Assembly (NCBI GenBank): GCA_044352085.1
Contig: JBILEM010000001.1
Span: 1-27,956 of the forward strand
Reading direction: 5' to 3'
DNA: 27,956 nucleotides
Origin: Schleiferiaceae bacterium
Lineage (GTDB): Bacteria > Bacteroidota > Bacteroidia > Flavobacteriales > Schleiferiaceae
Below are positions 1 through 7,095 of the stretch, one piece after another (positions within the stretch are counted from its first letter, which is position 1; every line of letters starts with the position of its first letter). Both the position numbers and the translations under genes were made by a program. The notes beneath the pieces are model-generated. The model was given only the letters and a program-made list of their open reading frames with translations. It had not been told where the DNA came from and did no database searches.

Positions 1-442
1 GGTCTTCTGCTGCGCGAAAGCGAAAGGCAAAAATCTCTTCCAATTTGGGCCGCACCAACCAGGGGTGCACCAAATCCCCGAGGGGACCAAAAGGAATGAG
101 GTAGGATACGCGGTCCTTCATGGCGACGCCGCCGGGAATGGCTTCAAAGAAATGCTCGTGGTGCCAAATGGAATAAGGGCCAACCCGTTGTTCGTCTACA
201 AAATACGAGAAGTCCCGTACATGGGTAATTTCGGTTGTCCAATTCATCGGAATCCCAAGAAGAGGCCGAACTTTATAATGAATAAACAGACCTGGGTACA
301 TCTTTTCAGGGATTTCTCCCATCACATCAAAACCCATGTAAGAAGGGGTTATCTTTTTCAAGTTCGCTGGACTGGAAAAAAAATCCCATGCCTCCTCCAG
401 GGAAATGGGCAATTGCTGGGTTCGTTCTAAGGTGTATACCAT
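1..442 (-). CDS. SRPBCC/START-like (polyketide cyclase superfamily) ligand-binding protein, partial (3' end runs off the window)
   Basis: Not in the ORF track. My translation from the ATG at 442: MVYTLERTQQLPISLEEAWDFFSSPANLKKITPSYMGF...WTTEITHV...FVDEQRVGPYSIWHHEHFF... AWDFFSSPxNL, FVDEQxxGPYxxWHHEH is the signature of this common Bacteroidota family. Confidence 0.88.
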   Translation of the reverse strand, partial: MVYTLERTQQLPISLEEAWDFFSSPANLKKITPSYMGFDVMGEIPEKMYPGLFIHYKVRPLLGIPMNWTTEITHVRDFSYFVDEQRVGPYSIWHHEHFFEAIPGGVAMKDRVSYLIPFGPLGDLVHPWLVRPKLEEIFAFRFRAAED

Positions 443-514
443 GAAAATTTAACCCCGGAGCCCTGCGAAATGTTCATGCCGTCGTCCAGATTGCTAAAAA
501 ACGACCCCTTGAAC

Positions 515-1480
515 TCATTGAAGTTGGCGTACTTCGCTCCATAGGACTTCGCCCTTCTTCCCCATATACTTTACTTCGAGGCGATTGTCCGAGGTTAACT
601 CCAACCATCCAAATGAAAAAGCGGTAACGACACTTTCTGGATCCAGGCATTTGTTTTCCTGAACTTCTTTTGCTGTTGGAGCAAACAACTTGGAAGACAG
701 TGCCGACGAAGTGTATTCTACAATTTCTTTCCCAGAAGGCATTACGAGACGGTTGGTTTCCGAATGGTGCCGGTCTCCGGTAAGAACTACCACATTCTTT
801 TGTTTTGCAGCCTCCAAAACAGCGATGAAATCTGCTCTTTCCGGATAGCGAACATAATTCTCAAACACCGGTGCAGCATTCAATACCTGGGATCCAAGAG
901 CTATCAGGACCAAGCGCGCGTCCGAATGCGCATTCAAGACATCCGCCAGCCAATTCAGTTGGCTGCGTCCAAGAATTTGGGTCCCTACTGGACCGCGGTG
1001 CGAACGATCGTCCAAGCCAACCACCAACACGGTACCAACTCGTTTTGACCAACGAAGATCTCCGTTGCGCTTGAGGTCAATGGGGGTGTCCTTCCAAAGT
1101 TGGGTAAATATCAGCTGGCTTTTCTCTTTAAAAATAAAGCTGCTATCTGCGTCATTGGGACCGAAATCGTGATCGTCCCAAATGGCCCATTGGGGCAAGC
1201 TGGAGCGGAATTGAGCAACTTCCGGATGGGAAAATCGATCAAAGGCCGCCGACTTCATCTTCTTGGGGCTGATTAAGTCCGACTTCGTGTAATAAAAGTT
1301 ATCTCCCAACCAGAGAAAGGCATCCATTGATGGTTGGCTTTGAATTGTTCTGAAAATGCTATCGGAACGCTCCCCCTGGTAGTCTGCACAGGATCCAAAT
1401 CCCAGTCGAAATTCGGTTTGGGACCAACTGGTTGTTGCCAAACCCCAAAATACAAAGCAAAAGAGAATCCCTTTTTTCAT
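515..1480 (-). CDS. phoD: PhoD-like alkaline phosphatase D family metallophosphoesterase with N-terminal signal peptide
   Basis: Motifs FGSC, WLGDNFY, WDDHDFGPND, GSQ and LTGDRHHS. Hydrophobic Sec-type N-terminus (MKKGILFCFVFWGLATTSWSQ). Confidence 0.88.
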   Translation of the reverse strand: MKKGILFCFVFWGLATTSWSQTEFRLGFGSCADYQGERSDSIFRTIQSQPSMDAFLWLGDNFYYTKSDLISPKKMKSAAFDRFSHPEVAQFRSSLPQWAIWDDHDFGPNDADSSFIFKEKSQLIFTQLWKDTPIDLKRNGDLRWSKRVGTVLVVGLDDRSHRGPVGTQILGRSQLNWLADVLNAHSDARLVLIALGSQVLNAAPVFENYVRYPERADFIAVLEAAKQKNVVVLTGDRHHSETNRLVMPSGKEIVEYTSSALSSKLFAPTAKEVQENKCLDPESVVTAFSFGWLELTSDNRLEVKYMGKKGEVLWSEVRQLQ

Positions 1481-1504
1481 GCGTGCAAATTAGGAAGGAG
1501 TGGT

Positions 1505-1512
1505 TAAGTTTG
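1505..1512 (+). promoter_or_regulatory. Bacteroidota sigma-A -7 element (TAAGTTTG) for the M14 peptidase gene
   Basis: Exact TAnnTTTG match 8 nt before ATG 1521. GTG at 1483-1485 sits at the 19-bp -33 position. Confidence 0.6.
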
Positions 1513-1520
1513 TACCCACC

Positions 1521-2564
1521 ATGTCCATTCTTGACCATTTCTTAAACACCCCGCGTTATCAACCCTGGGAAAAGTGGCAAAAACATTTGGACGCTGTACC
1601 TATCGTCTGGAAGAGATCCCAAATTGGCACGAGTGTAGAGGGTCGACCGCTGTGGATCTATCGCCTGGGAGATGGACCGGTTACCCACCTGGCATGGGCG
1701 CAAATGCACGGCAACGAACCCACGGCTACTTGGTCGCTTTTGGAAATTATGTACCGTGTGAAGTCTTTGCCTTCTGACCAATGCTGGGCGCTTTTTCCTG
1801 TTGTTAATCCGGACGGAGCCCACCGATTTGAAAGGTTCAATGCACACGGAGTAGACTTGAATCGTGACGCTAAGGAACGGACCCAACCTGAGTCGAGAGC
1901 ACTTTGGAATTGGATCCAATCCGAAAAACCGCAATCTGCTTTTAATCTCCACGACCAGCGTTCTTGGTTTGGAATCCCCGAATCTTCCCAACCCGCAACG
2001 TTTTCTGTATTGTCCGCTCGTGCAAATTCAGAAGGAGTCGACACTCCCGCAACCCAACAGGCACGCGGAATCGCGGGCGGATTGGCACTATGGTTTGATC
2101 AGAACACGAATCTTCCAACCACTACGTTTGACGACGCCTTTTATCCCGGTGCCTTTGGTGAAAACGTTCAGGCCTCTGGCATACCCGTGGTTTTGGTGGA
2201 ATCAGGAAGCCATCCGAGTGGTTACAACCGAAGCCTACAAGCCCAGTGGTTAACGGATGCGCTTATTCACACTTGGAGTACCGGCCTAACCAACGAAGGC
2301 CATTACAAGAGTCTCAAGCAGGCCGAAACGGGGAGGTATGACTTGGTCGTTCGCAACTGGCCTGTTTCGGATTCTATGAATACAAATGTGGCATTTACCG
2401 CTATAGAAATAGTGGAGGAGGGAGTGTCGCACCTGTTCTGGGAAGTCGCTGAGATAGGAGCGAGAACCGACCTTGTTGCACCGTTTGTTTTGGATTATTC
2501 CGGGAGTAGTATTCATCCGATCTCCCAAGGAGATCGGATGAAACATCTTCCTATTTCTCAATGA
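1521..2564 (+). CDS. M14 family zinc carboxypeptidase
   Basis: Zinc-binding HGNE motif, NPDG, DLNRD, LHDQ and a C-terminal VESG. Start moved from GTG 1500 to ATG 1521 because the -7 element lies at 1505-1512. Confidence 0.85.
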   Translation: MSILDHFLNTPRYQPWEKWQKHLDAVPIVWKRSQIGTSVEGRPLWIYRLGDGPVTHLAWAQMHGNEPTATWSLLEIMYRVKSLPSDQCWALFPVVNPDGAHRFERFNAHGVDLNRDAKERTQPESRALWNWIQSEKPQSAFNLHDQRSWFGIPESSQPATFSVLSARANSEGVDTPATQQARGIAGGLALWFDQNTNLPTTTFDDAFYPGAFGENVQASGIPVVLVESGSHPSGYNRSLQAQWLTDALIHTWSTGLTNEGHYKSLKQAETGRYDLVVRNWPVSDSMNTNVAFTAIEIVEEGVSHLFWEVAEIGARTDLVAPFVLDYSGSSIHPISQGDRMKHLPISQ

Positions 2565-2908
2565 ACCTCTGGCGTTGGTTTTTTAAATGTCTGTACCTCA
2601 TCCGCTACAATTTCAGCGCTGTAGCGCTTGATATCCTGAGCATCGGTGTAGGTGCGGTGAATTAATTTTCCGCTGAGCGCAAGTGCATCTCCTTTTTTTA
2701 CTTGCGCACCTACATAATCGCCTAGCTTTCCCCAAAAGAGGACTGTGTGAAACTGGGTTTCATCGGCCCATTCCCCTTCGGCGTTCTTGTAGCGGTCGTG
2801 CGTGGCCACCTTTAGTTTGGCGTTTGACCTTCCGGATTCAAAGGAACGAACCTCTGGATCATTAGCGGCATACCCAATTAGGGTTGCTCTGTTTTGCATG
2901 TTGCTCAT
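2558..2908 (-). CDS. ssb: Single-stranded DNA-binding protein (OB fold only, no acidic C-terminal tail)
   Basis: NRATLIG...DPEVRSF...ATHDRYKNAEGEW...TQFHTVLFWGKL...KKG...GKL..R.Y....KRYSAEIVADEV. 116 aa, ends KPTPEVH. Confidence 0.93.
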   Translation of the reverse strand: MSNMQNRATLIGYAANDPEVRSFESGRSNAKLKVATHDRYKNAEGEWADETQFHTVLFWGKLGDYVGAQVKKGDALALSGKLIHRTYTDAQDIKRYSAEIVADEVQTFKKPTPEVH

Positions 2909-2985
2909 GGCACATTTGTTTTAGTTAGGATGCAAAGATTTCCTGGTTTTTTGCCGGTACGCGGTTCAAAACGGATATACGTATT

Positions 2986-3001
2986 TGTGACACTGTTCAC
3001 C
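2986..3001. promoter_or_regulatory. CRP/FNR-family-like box TGTGA-N6-TCACC
   Basis: TGTGA-cactgt-TCACC matches 9/10 of the CRP core TGTGA-N6-TCACA. It lies between the divergent ssb and Zn-ribbon genes. Confidence 0.35.
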
Positions 3002-3096
3002 TTGCAAGTATTTAATTAAATATTTAGTTTATAAAAACACTTTGAAATTTGTGAAATTTTCATTTGTTTTGAAGCCTTAACCAAAAAACATAAATC

Positions 3097-3489
3097 ATGA
3101 ATTTTCAAAAAAACCCCCATGCGGCACGTTGCATCTTTTGCCGCAAACCCATGACCGGAAGAGCAGATAAAAAATTCTGCGACGATGGCTGCAGAAACGC
3201 GTTCCACAATATGAAAAGTGGAGAATCGTACAATGCCACAAGAAAAATCAATCGTTTACTGCGAGGAAATTGGGTAATTCTCAACGATCTAATTGAGGTT
3301 GGGGAAGATCGAATCTCGCTGAATGAATTGGAGCGCTTCGGATTTGATTCTCGCTTTGTGACCTCTATGGAAGTCCGCGAAGATGGAACCATGGTCTATG
3401 GATTGTATGATTTTGAGTTCATAAAGGATGTCGAAGGAGTCATTCGTTTCCGGAGAGACCGTCGGTTTGATCCCAAAAACTATCGATAA
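3097..3489 (+). CDS. Conserved Bacteroidota Zn-ribbon protein of unknown function (DUF2116-like N-terminus)
   Basis: CIFC-x5-GRADKKFCDDGCRNAFHN (CxxC...FC-x3-C) followed by INRLLRGNWVIL, L...GF..RF and YDFEF. A-rich leader before the ATG and a downstream terminator. Confidence 0.8.
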   Translation: MNFQKNPHAARCIFCRKPMTGRADKKFCDDGCRNAFHNMKSGESYNATRKINRLLRGNWVILNDLIEVGEDRISLNELERFGFDSRFVTSMEVREDGTMVYGLYDFEFIKDVEGVIRFRRDRRFDPKNYR

Positions 3490-3510
3490 TTAATGGCCCT
3501 TTGTGCCCGT

Positions 3511-3546
3511 AAAGGGGCTGTCCGTTGATGGATAGCCCCTTTTTTG
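3511..3546 (+). terminator. Intrinsic terminator after the Zn-ribbon gene
   Basis: AAAGGGGCTGTCC-gttgat-GGATAGCCCCTTT: 13-bp stem with one G-U pair, running into a T6 tract. Confidence 0.85.
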
Positions 3547-3555
3547 ATTCCAACG

Positions 3556-3563
3556 TACCTTCG
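3556..3563 (+). promoter_or_regulatory. Variant -7 element (TACCTTCG) 4 nt before the oxidoreductase ATG
   Basis: One mismatch to TAnnTTTG. Located just after the terminator and just before ATG 3568. Confidence 0.4.
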
Positions 3564-3567
3564 TCCT

Positions 3568-4809
3568 ATGGAAACGCCTCGTACGGTAGCTGTCATTGGG
3601 GGAGGTGCAGCGGGTTATTTTGCCGCTATTGCAGCAGCGGAAGCACATCCTAATTGCCAAGTAGTTCTTTACGAGAAAAGCGGGGAAACTTTGGGAAAAG
3701 TCCGCATATCGGGAGGAGGAAGATGCAACGTGACGCATGCCTGTTTTTCGCCCCAAGAACTGGTAAGCTTTTACCCGCGCGGAGGGCAAGAGTTACTCGG
3801 ACCCTTTCACCGTTTCATGACCGGAGATACCCTGGAATGGTTTGCCGATCGTGGAGTGGAATTAAAGATCGAATCTGACAATCGAATTTTCCCGGTTACC
3901 AACCAGTCCCAAACCATCATTGACTGCCTGGAAACTTTTGCCGAAAGGGCGGGAGTTTTGGTTAAAACAAGGCACGGAGTTCAGGCACTTGAGCCTTTGG
4001 ATGGAGGTCGTTGGCGCATTGTTTTTGACGAAGGTGGAGACCGGGAATTTGATGCGGTCTTATTGGCACCTGGTAGTTCCCGTAAAATGTGGGATATGAT
4101 TCGAAAACTAGGGCATACTATTGTTCCTCCGGTTCCGTCGCTATTTACGTTTGTTGTTAAAGATGTACGCATTTCGGGTTTGGAAGGCATTTCGCTGGAC
4201 CGAGTCCGTCTATCCATTCCTCAGGCGGGCTGGGAGTCAGAAGGTCCGTTCTTAATTACCCATGTGGGAATGAGTGGTCCCGCCGTTTTGCGGCTTTCGG
4301 CTTTTGCGGCAAGGTGGATGGCAGAGGCCGGATACCGATTTTCGCTGGAAGTTAATTTTGTCCCGGATCACGAGGTGGATTCCTTAATGGACTACCTCAA
4401 TGGACTCCGCAAGTCATTGGAATTTCAACGTCGGAAACTAACGACCAATCCAGTGTTGGGCATTCCCTTGCGCTTGTGGAAAAGTTTGTGCGCGGCAGCA
4501 AAAATTCCGGATTCGTTTACGTGGTCGGATGCGGGAAAGCCTCATTTAAAAAGACTTTCTGAACAGTTGACCCAGGCATCGTTTGCGGTAACGGGCAAGA
4601 ACACATTCAAGGACGAGTTTGTTACAGCCGGGGGAGTCGAGTTGGCTGAAATTGACTTTAAGACGTTTGGAAGCAGGCTGTTGCCCAATCTTTATTTAGC
4701 AGGCGAGGTGCTGAATATCGACGCGGTTACAGGTGGATTCAACTTTCAAGCCGCCTGGACAGGGGGGTGGATTGCGGGGCACGCCATGGCGAATCGCCCT
4801 GTGGAATAA
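3568..4809 (+). CDS. HI0933/YhiN (BaiN-like) family NAD(P)/FAD-dependent oxidoreductase
   Basis: GGGAAG FAD motif, GKVRISGGGRCNVT, GPFLITHVGMSGPAVL, VTAGGV, GEVLNIDAVTGGFNFQAAW. Start set to ATG 3568 because the track's TTG 3544 lies in the terminator T-tract. Confidence 0.92.
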   Translation: METPRTVAVIGGGAAGYFAAIAAAEAHPNCQVVLYEKSGETLGKVRISGGGRCNVTHACFSPQELVSFYPRGGQELLGPFHRFMTGDTLEWFADRGVELKIESDNRIFPVTNQSQTIIDCLETFAERAGVLVKTRHGVQALEPLDGGRWRIVFDEGGDREFDAVLLAPGSSRKMWDMIRKLGHTIVPPVPSLFTFVVKDVRISGLEGISLDRVRLSIPQAGWESEGPFLITHVGMSGPAVLRLSAFAARWMAEAGYRFSLEVNFVPDHEVDSLMDYLNGLRKSLEFQRRKLTTNPVLGIPLRLWKSLCAAAKIPDSFTWSDAGKPHLKRLSEQLTQASFAVTGKNTFKDEFVTAGGVELAEIDFKTFGSRLLPNLYLAGEVLNIDAVTGGFNFQAAWTGGWIAGHAMANRPVE

Positions 4810-4822
4810 AAAAAATGACCCT

Positions 4823-4875
4823 TTGCTATTTTTATTGGAATTGCTATGTAATTTAGCATTCTAAAACAATAGCAC
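4823..4875. promoter_or_regulatory. Tandem operator-like palindromes upstream of the LexA-like repressor (core TGCTA-N7-TAGCA at 4842-4858)
   Basis: TGCTA at 4824 and 4842, TAGCA at 4854 and 4870. Outer TGCTATT/AATAGCA and inner TGCTA/TAGCA are inverted pairs, and the last half-site abuts the GTG start. Confidence 0.7.
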
Positions 4876-4876
4876 C

Positions 4877-5677
4877 GTGTTTCACTTGCATTTAAAGACC
4901 CTGCGCAAACAGCGAGGCTGGACGCAGCAGCAGTTAGCCGACCGTATTGGCGTTAAGCGCTCCTTGATTGGTGCATACGAAGAGGGGAGGGCGGAGCCCA
5001 AATTGGACACCCTTCGCCACCTAGCGGTTGCCTTGGAAGTTCCTATGGACATTTTATTGAATGGACCGGAGGGGCAAGCGCTTCCCGATCCCGCGCGAAA
5101 AGTCCGCCTGTCCGGCTCCGCTCTTCGCGTGGTGACGGTGGCGGTATCCAGCAACGGAGAAGAGCAAGCCAGTTTGGTGCCCTTGAAAGCATCTGCAGGC
5201 TATCTAGGGGGCTACGGCGATGTAGACTTCATGGAGGCCTTGCCTGCATTTTCGCTGCCCTTCCCCGAGTTAAAAGGACAGGTTACCCGACGGGTGTTCC
5301 AGATCCAAGGAGACAGCATGCTTCCCATTCCATCGGGTTCGTATGCAGTAGGCCGTTATGTGCAAGATTGGTCCGGCATCGCTTCAGGGACTCCGTGTAT
5401 TGTCATTACCCAAAACGACGGTATCGTGTTTAAGCGGGTGTACAACCGCTTGGCGGAAGGTGGTTTTCTGGAGCTGGTATCCGATAACCCGTTGTTTTCC
5501 CCCTTTGTGGTTGGACCCGACGAAGTGCTGGAAATTTGGCAAACCGAGGGGGTTTTTCGATTCGACTTGGATCCGCCCACGGATAGCCGTGTAGGCGTCG
5601 CGCAAAAGCTGGATGCCCTGCATAAAGAAGTAGAGGGTTTAAAGTCTTGGTGGAATCAGACCACAAGTAAAAACTAA
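4877..5677 (+). CDS. lexA: XRE-type HTH + S24 peptidase repressor (CI-like, non-canonical Bacteroidota LexA)
   Basis: N-terminal HTH_3 (LKTLRKQRGWTQQQLADRIGVKRSLIGAYEEGRAEP), Ala-Gly cleavage site in KASAGY, catalytic Ser (GDSM) and Lys (FKRV). Directly upstream of dinB. Confidence 0.85.
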   Translation: MFHLHLKTLRKQRGWTQQQLADRIGVKRSLIGAYEEGRAEPKLDTLRHLAVALEVPMDILLNGPEGQALPDPARKVRLSGSALRVVTVAVSSNGEEQASLVPLKASAGYLGGYGDVDFMEALPAFSLPFPELKGQVTRRVFQIQGDSMLPIPSGSYAVGRYVQDWSGIASGTPCIVITQNDGIVFKRVYNRLAEGGFLELVSDNPLFSPFVVGPDEVLEIWQTEGVFRFDLDPPTDSRVGVAQKLDALHKEVEGLKSWWNQTTSKN

Positions 5678-5686
5678 AAATCCGAG

Positions 5687-6901
5687 ATGGAGCGCTCCGT
5701 TTTGCACATGGACCTGGACACTTTTTTTGTGTCGGTAGAGCGCTTATTAGACACCCGTCTTAACGGCCGTCCCATCTTAATTGGCGGATCGGGAGACCGG
5801 GGAGTCGTTGCAGCATGCAGCTACGAAGCGCGTGCGTTTGGGGTCCATTCGGCCATGCCCATGCGGATGGCGCGTGAACTGTGCCCAGAGGCCGTTGTTA
5901 TTCACGGAAATTCCTCCACATATTCCGCCCATTCCCAAGCGGTGACGGAAATTGTACGGGAATCCGTCCCGGTCGTTGAAAAAGCTTCGGTAGATGAATT
6001 TTACGCCGACCTCACGGGAGTCGATCGTTTTCTGGGCACGTACAAAATGGCTACCGAATTGCGGGAGCGCATTGTACGCGAGACCGGTCTCCCGTTGTCT
6101 TTTGGTTTGTCGGTAAACAAAACCGTTTCCAAAGTGGCTACGGGAGTGGCAAAGCCCAACAACCAACTGCGTGTTGTGTCGGGGCAGGAAAAAATCTTTT
6201 TGGCACCGTTGTCGGTTCGCAAAATTCCGATGGTGGGAGAGAAAATGTACCAATCCTTGCGGAACCTCGGCGTTCAGACGGTAGGAACTGTTCAAGAAAT
6301 GCCCGTGGAATTGCTTCAACAGGTCTTCGGAAAGCCGGGGAAGACTTTGTGGGAAAAAGCCCAGGGCGTAGACCCCTCGCCGGTAGTTCCCACGCAAGAG
6401 CGAAAAACCATTTCGGCGGAACGGACCTTTGAGCGGGATACACTGGATACCCAAAAATTGGAGGGACTGCTCACGGCTATGGTCGAGAATTTGTGTTTTC
6501 AGCTTCGTCGAGGAGAAAAAGTGACCAGCGAGGTCACTATTAAAATTCGGTATGCGGATTTTGAGACCCAGACGAAGCAGCGAAAGATCCCCTACACCAG
6601 TGCGGACCATCTGCTCATTCCTTTGGCTAAATCACTTTTCCAAGAGCTGCACAGCCGCCGCCTCATGGTTCGTTTGTTGGGCATACGCTTTGGGGGATTG
6701 GTGGGAGGGGGATTGCAGTTTCAGCTTTTTGAAGAGGAAGACCGTGCCTACCAATTGTACCATGCCCTGGACGCTGTCCGGAAAAAGTACGGAGACCGGG
6801 CAGTCGTACGCGCTTCCGGCCTGCATGCAAAGTCGATAGGGGGTGGAGGCAATCCCTTCGATGGGGGGCCGCCCTTGTTGCTTGCCCGAAGGCGGCAATA
6901 G
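5687..6901 (+). CDS. dinB: DNA polymerase IV (Y family)
   Basis: HMDLDTFFVSVE, SYEARAFGVHSAMP, catalytic SVDE, KTVSKVA...KP. C-terminal clamp-binding-like QFQLF followed by LDAVRKKYG. Confidence 0.95.
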   Translation: MERSVLHMDLDTFFVSVERLLDTRLNGRPILIGGSGDRGVVAACSYEARAFGVHSAMPMRMARELCPEAVVIHGNSSTYSAHSQAVTEIVRESVPVVEKASVDEFYADLTGVDRFLGTYKMATELRERIVRETGLPLSFGLSVNKTVSKVATGVAKPNNQLRVVSGQEKIFLAPLSVRKIPMVGEKMYQSLRNLGVQTVGTVQEMPVELLQQVFGKPGKTLWEKAQGVDPSPVVPTQERKTISAERTFERDTLDTQKLEGLLTAMVENLCFQLRRGEKVTSEVTIKIRYADFETQTKQRKIPYTSADHLLIPLAKSLFQELHSRRLMVRLLGIRFGGLVGGGLQFQLFEEEDRAYQLYHALDAVRKKYGDRAVVRASGLHAKSIGGGGNPFDGGPPLLLARRRQ

Positions 6902-6904
6902 CCG

Positions 6905-6972
6905 AACCTGAACACGGCCTTGGGCGGTAGAGTAGGGAAGCGGAGCGGTGCCTAACCCGAGTTATCAGGAGA
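6905..6972 (+). ncRNA. Candidate structured RNA (nested irregular hairpin) immediately after the dinB stop
   Basis: Nested pairings CCTGA 6907-6911/TCAGG 6965-6969, CTTGGG 6919-6924/CCCGAG 6956-6961, TAGG 6933-6936/CCTA 6951-6954. No U-tract. Identity unknown. Confidence 0.25.
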
Positions 6973-7000
6973 GTCAAATCCGTCAATTTACCGACCAAAA

Positions 7001-7019
7001 ATGCTAAAAAAACCGGCAT
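7001..7019. promoter_or_regulatory. Degenerate copy of the repressor operator upstream of SRAP-dnaE2
   Basis: ATGCTA-aaaaaac-CGGCAT has the same TGC-N11-GCA spacing as 4842-4858. It lies at the start of an AT-rich spacer 77 nt before the SRAP ATG. Confidence 0.45.
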
Positions 7020-7095
7020 AGATAAAATCTATAATAAATCATATAAAACTAATAACCAGTACTTTTAAATAACTTAATTCACCAATAGATTCAGT

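Noticed and set aside
65-430. 121-aa plus-strand ORF at the window start
   Set aside because: The real gene is the minus-strand SRPBCC protein (1-442), which the track missed because it runs off the edge.
2987-3000. GTGACACTGTTCAC resembles matS
   Set aside because: It has an extra base, and MatP is restricted to some Gammaproteobacteria. The CRP-like reading fits better.
4877-5677. CI-like repressor as a sign of a prophage
   Set aside because: No integrase, structural, lysis or Cro-like divergent gene is present, and the context is dinB/SRAP/dnaE2.
5777-6610. 277-aa ORF antisense to dinB, and the other 60-240 aa overlapping ORFs in the track
   Set aside because: They overlap well-supported genes in other frames and lack family signatures.
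6947-6972. GGTGCCTAACC and TTATCAGGAGAG resemble SAM-I riboswitch segments
   Set aside because: The segments are in the wrong order, the GGCAAC core is absent, and no sulfur-metabolism gene follows.
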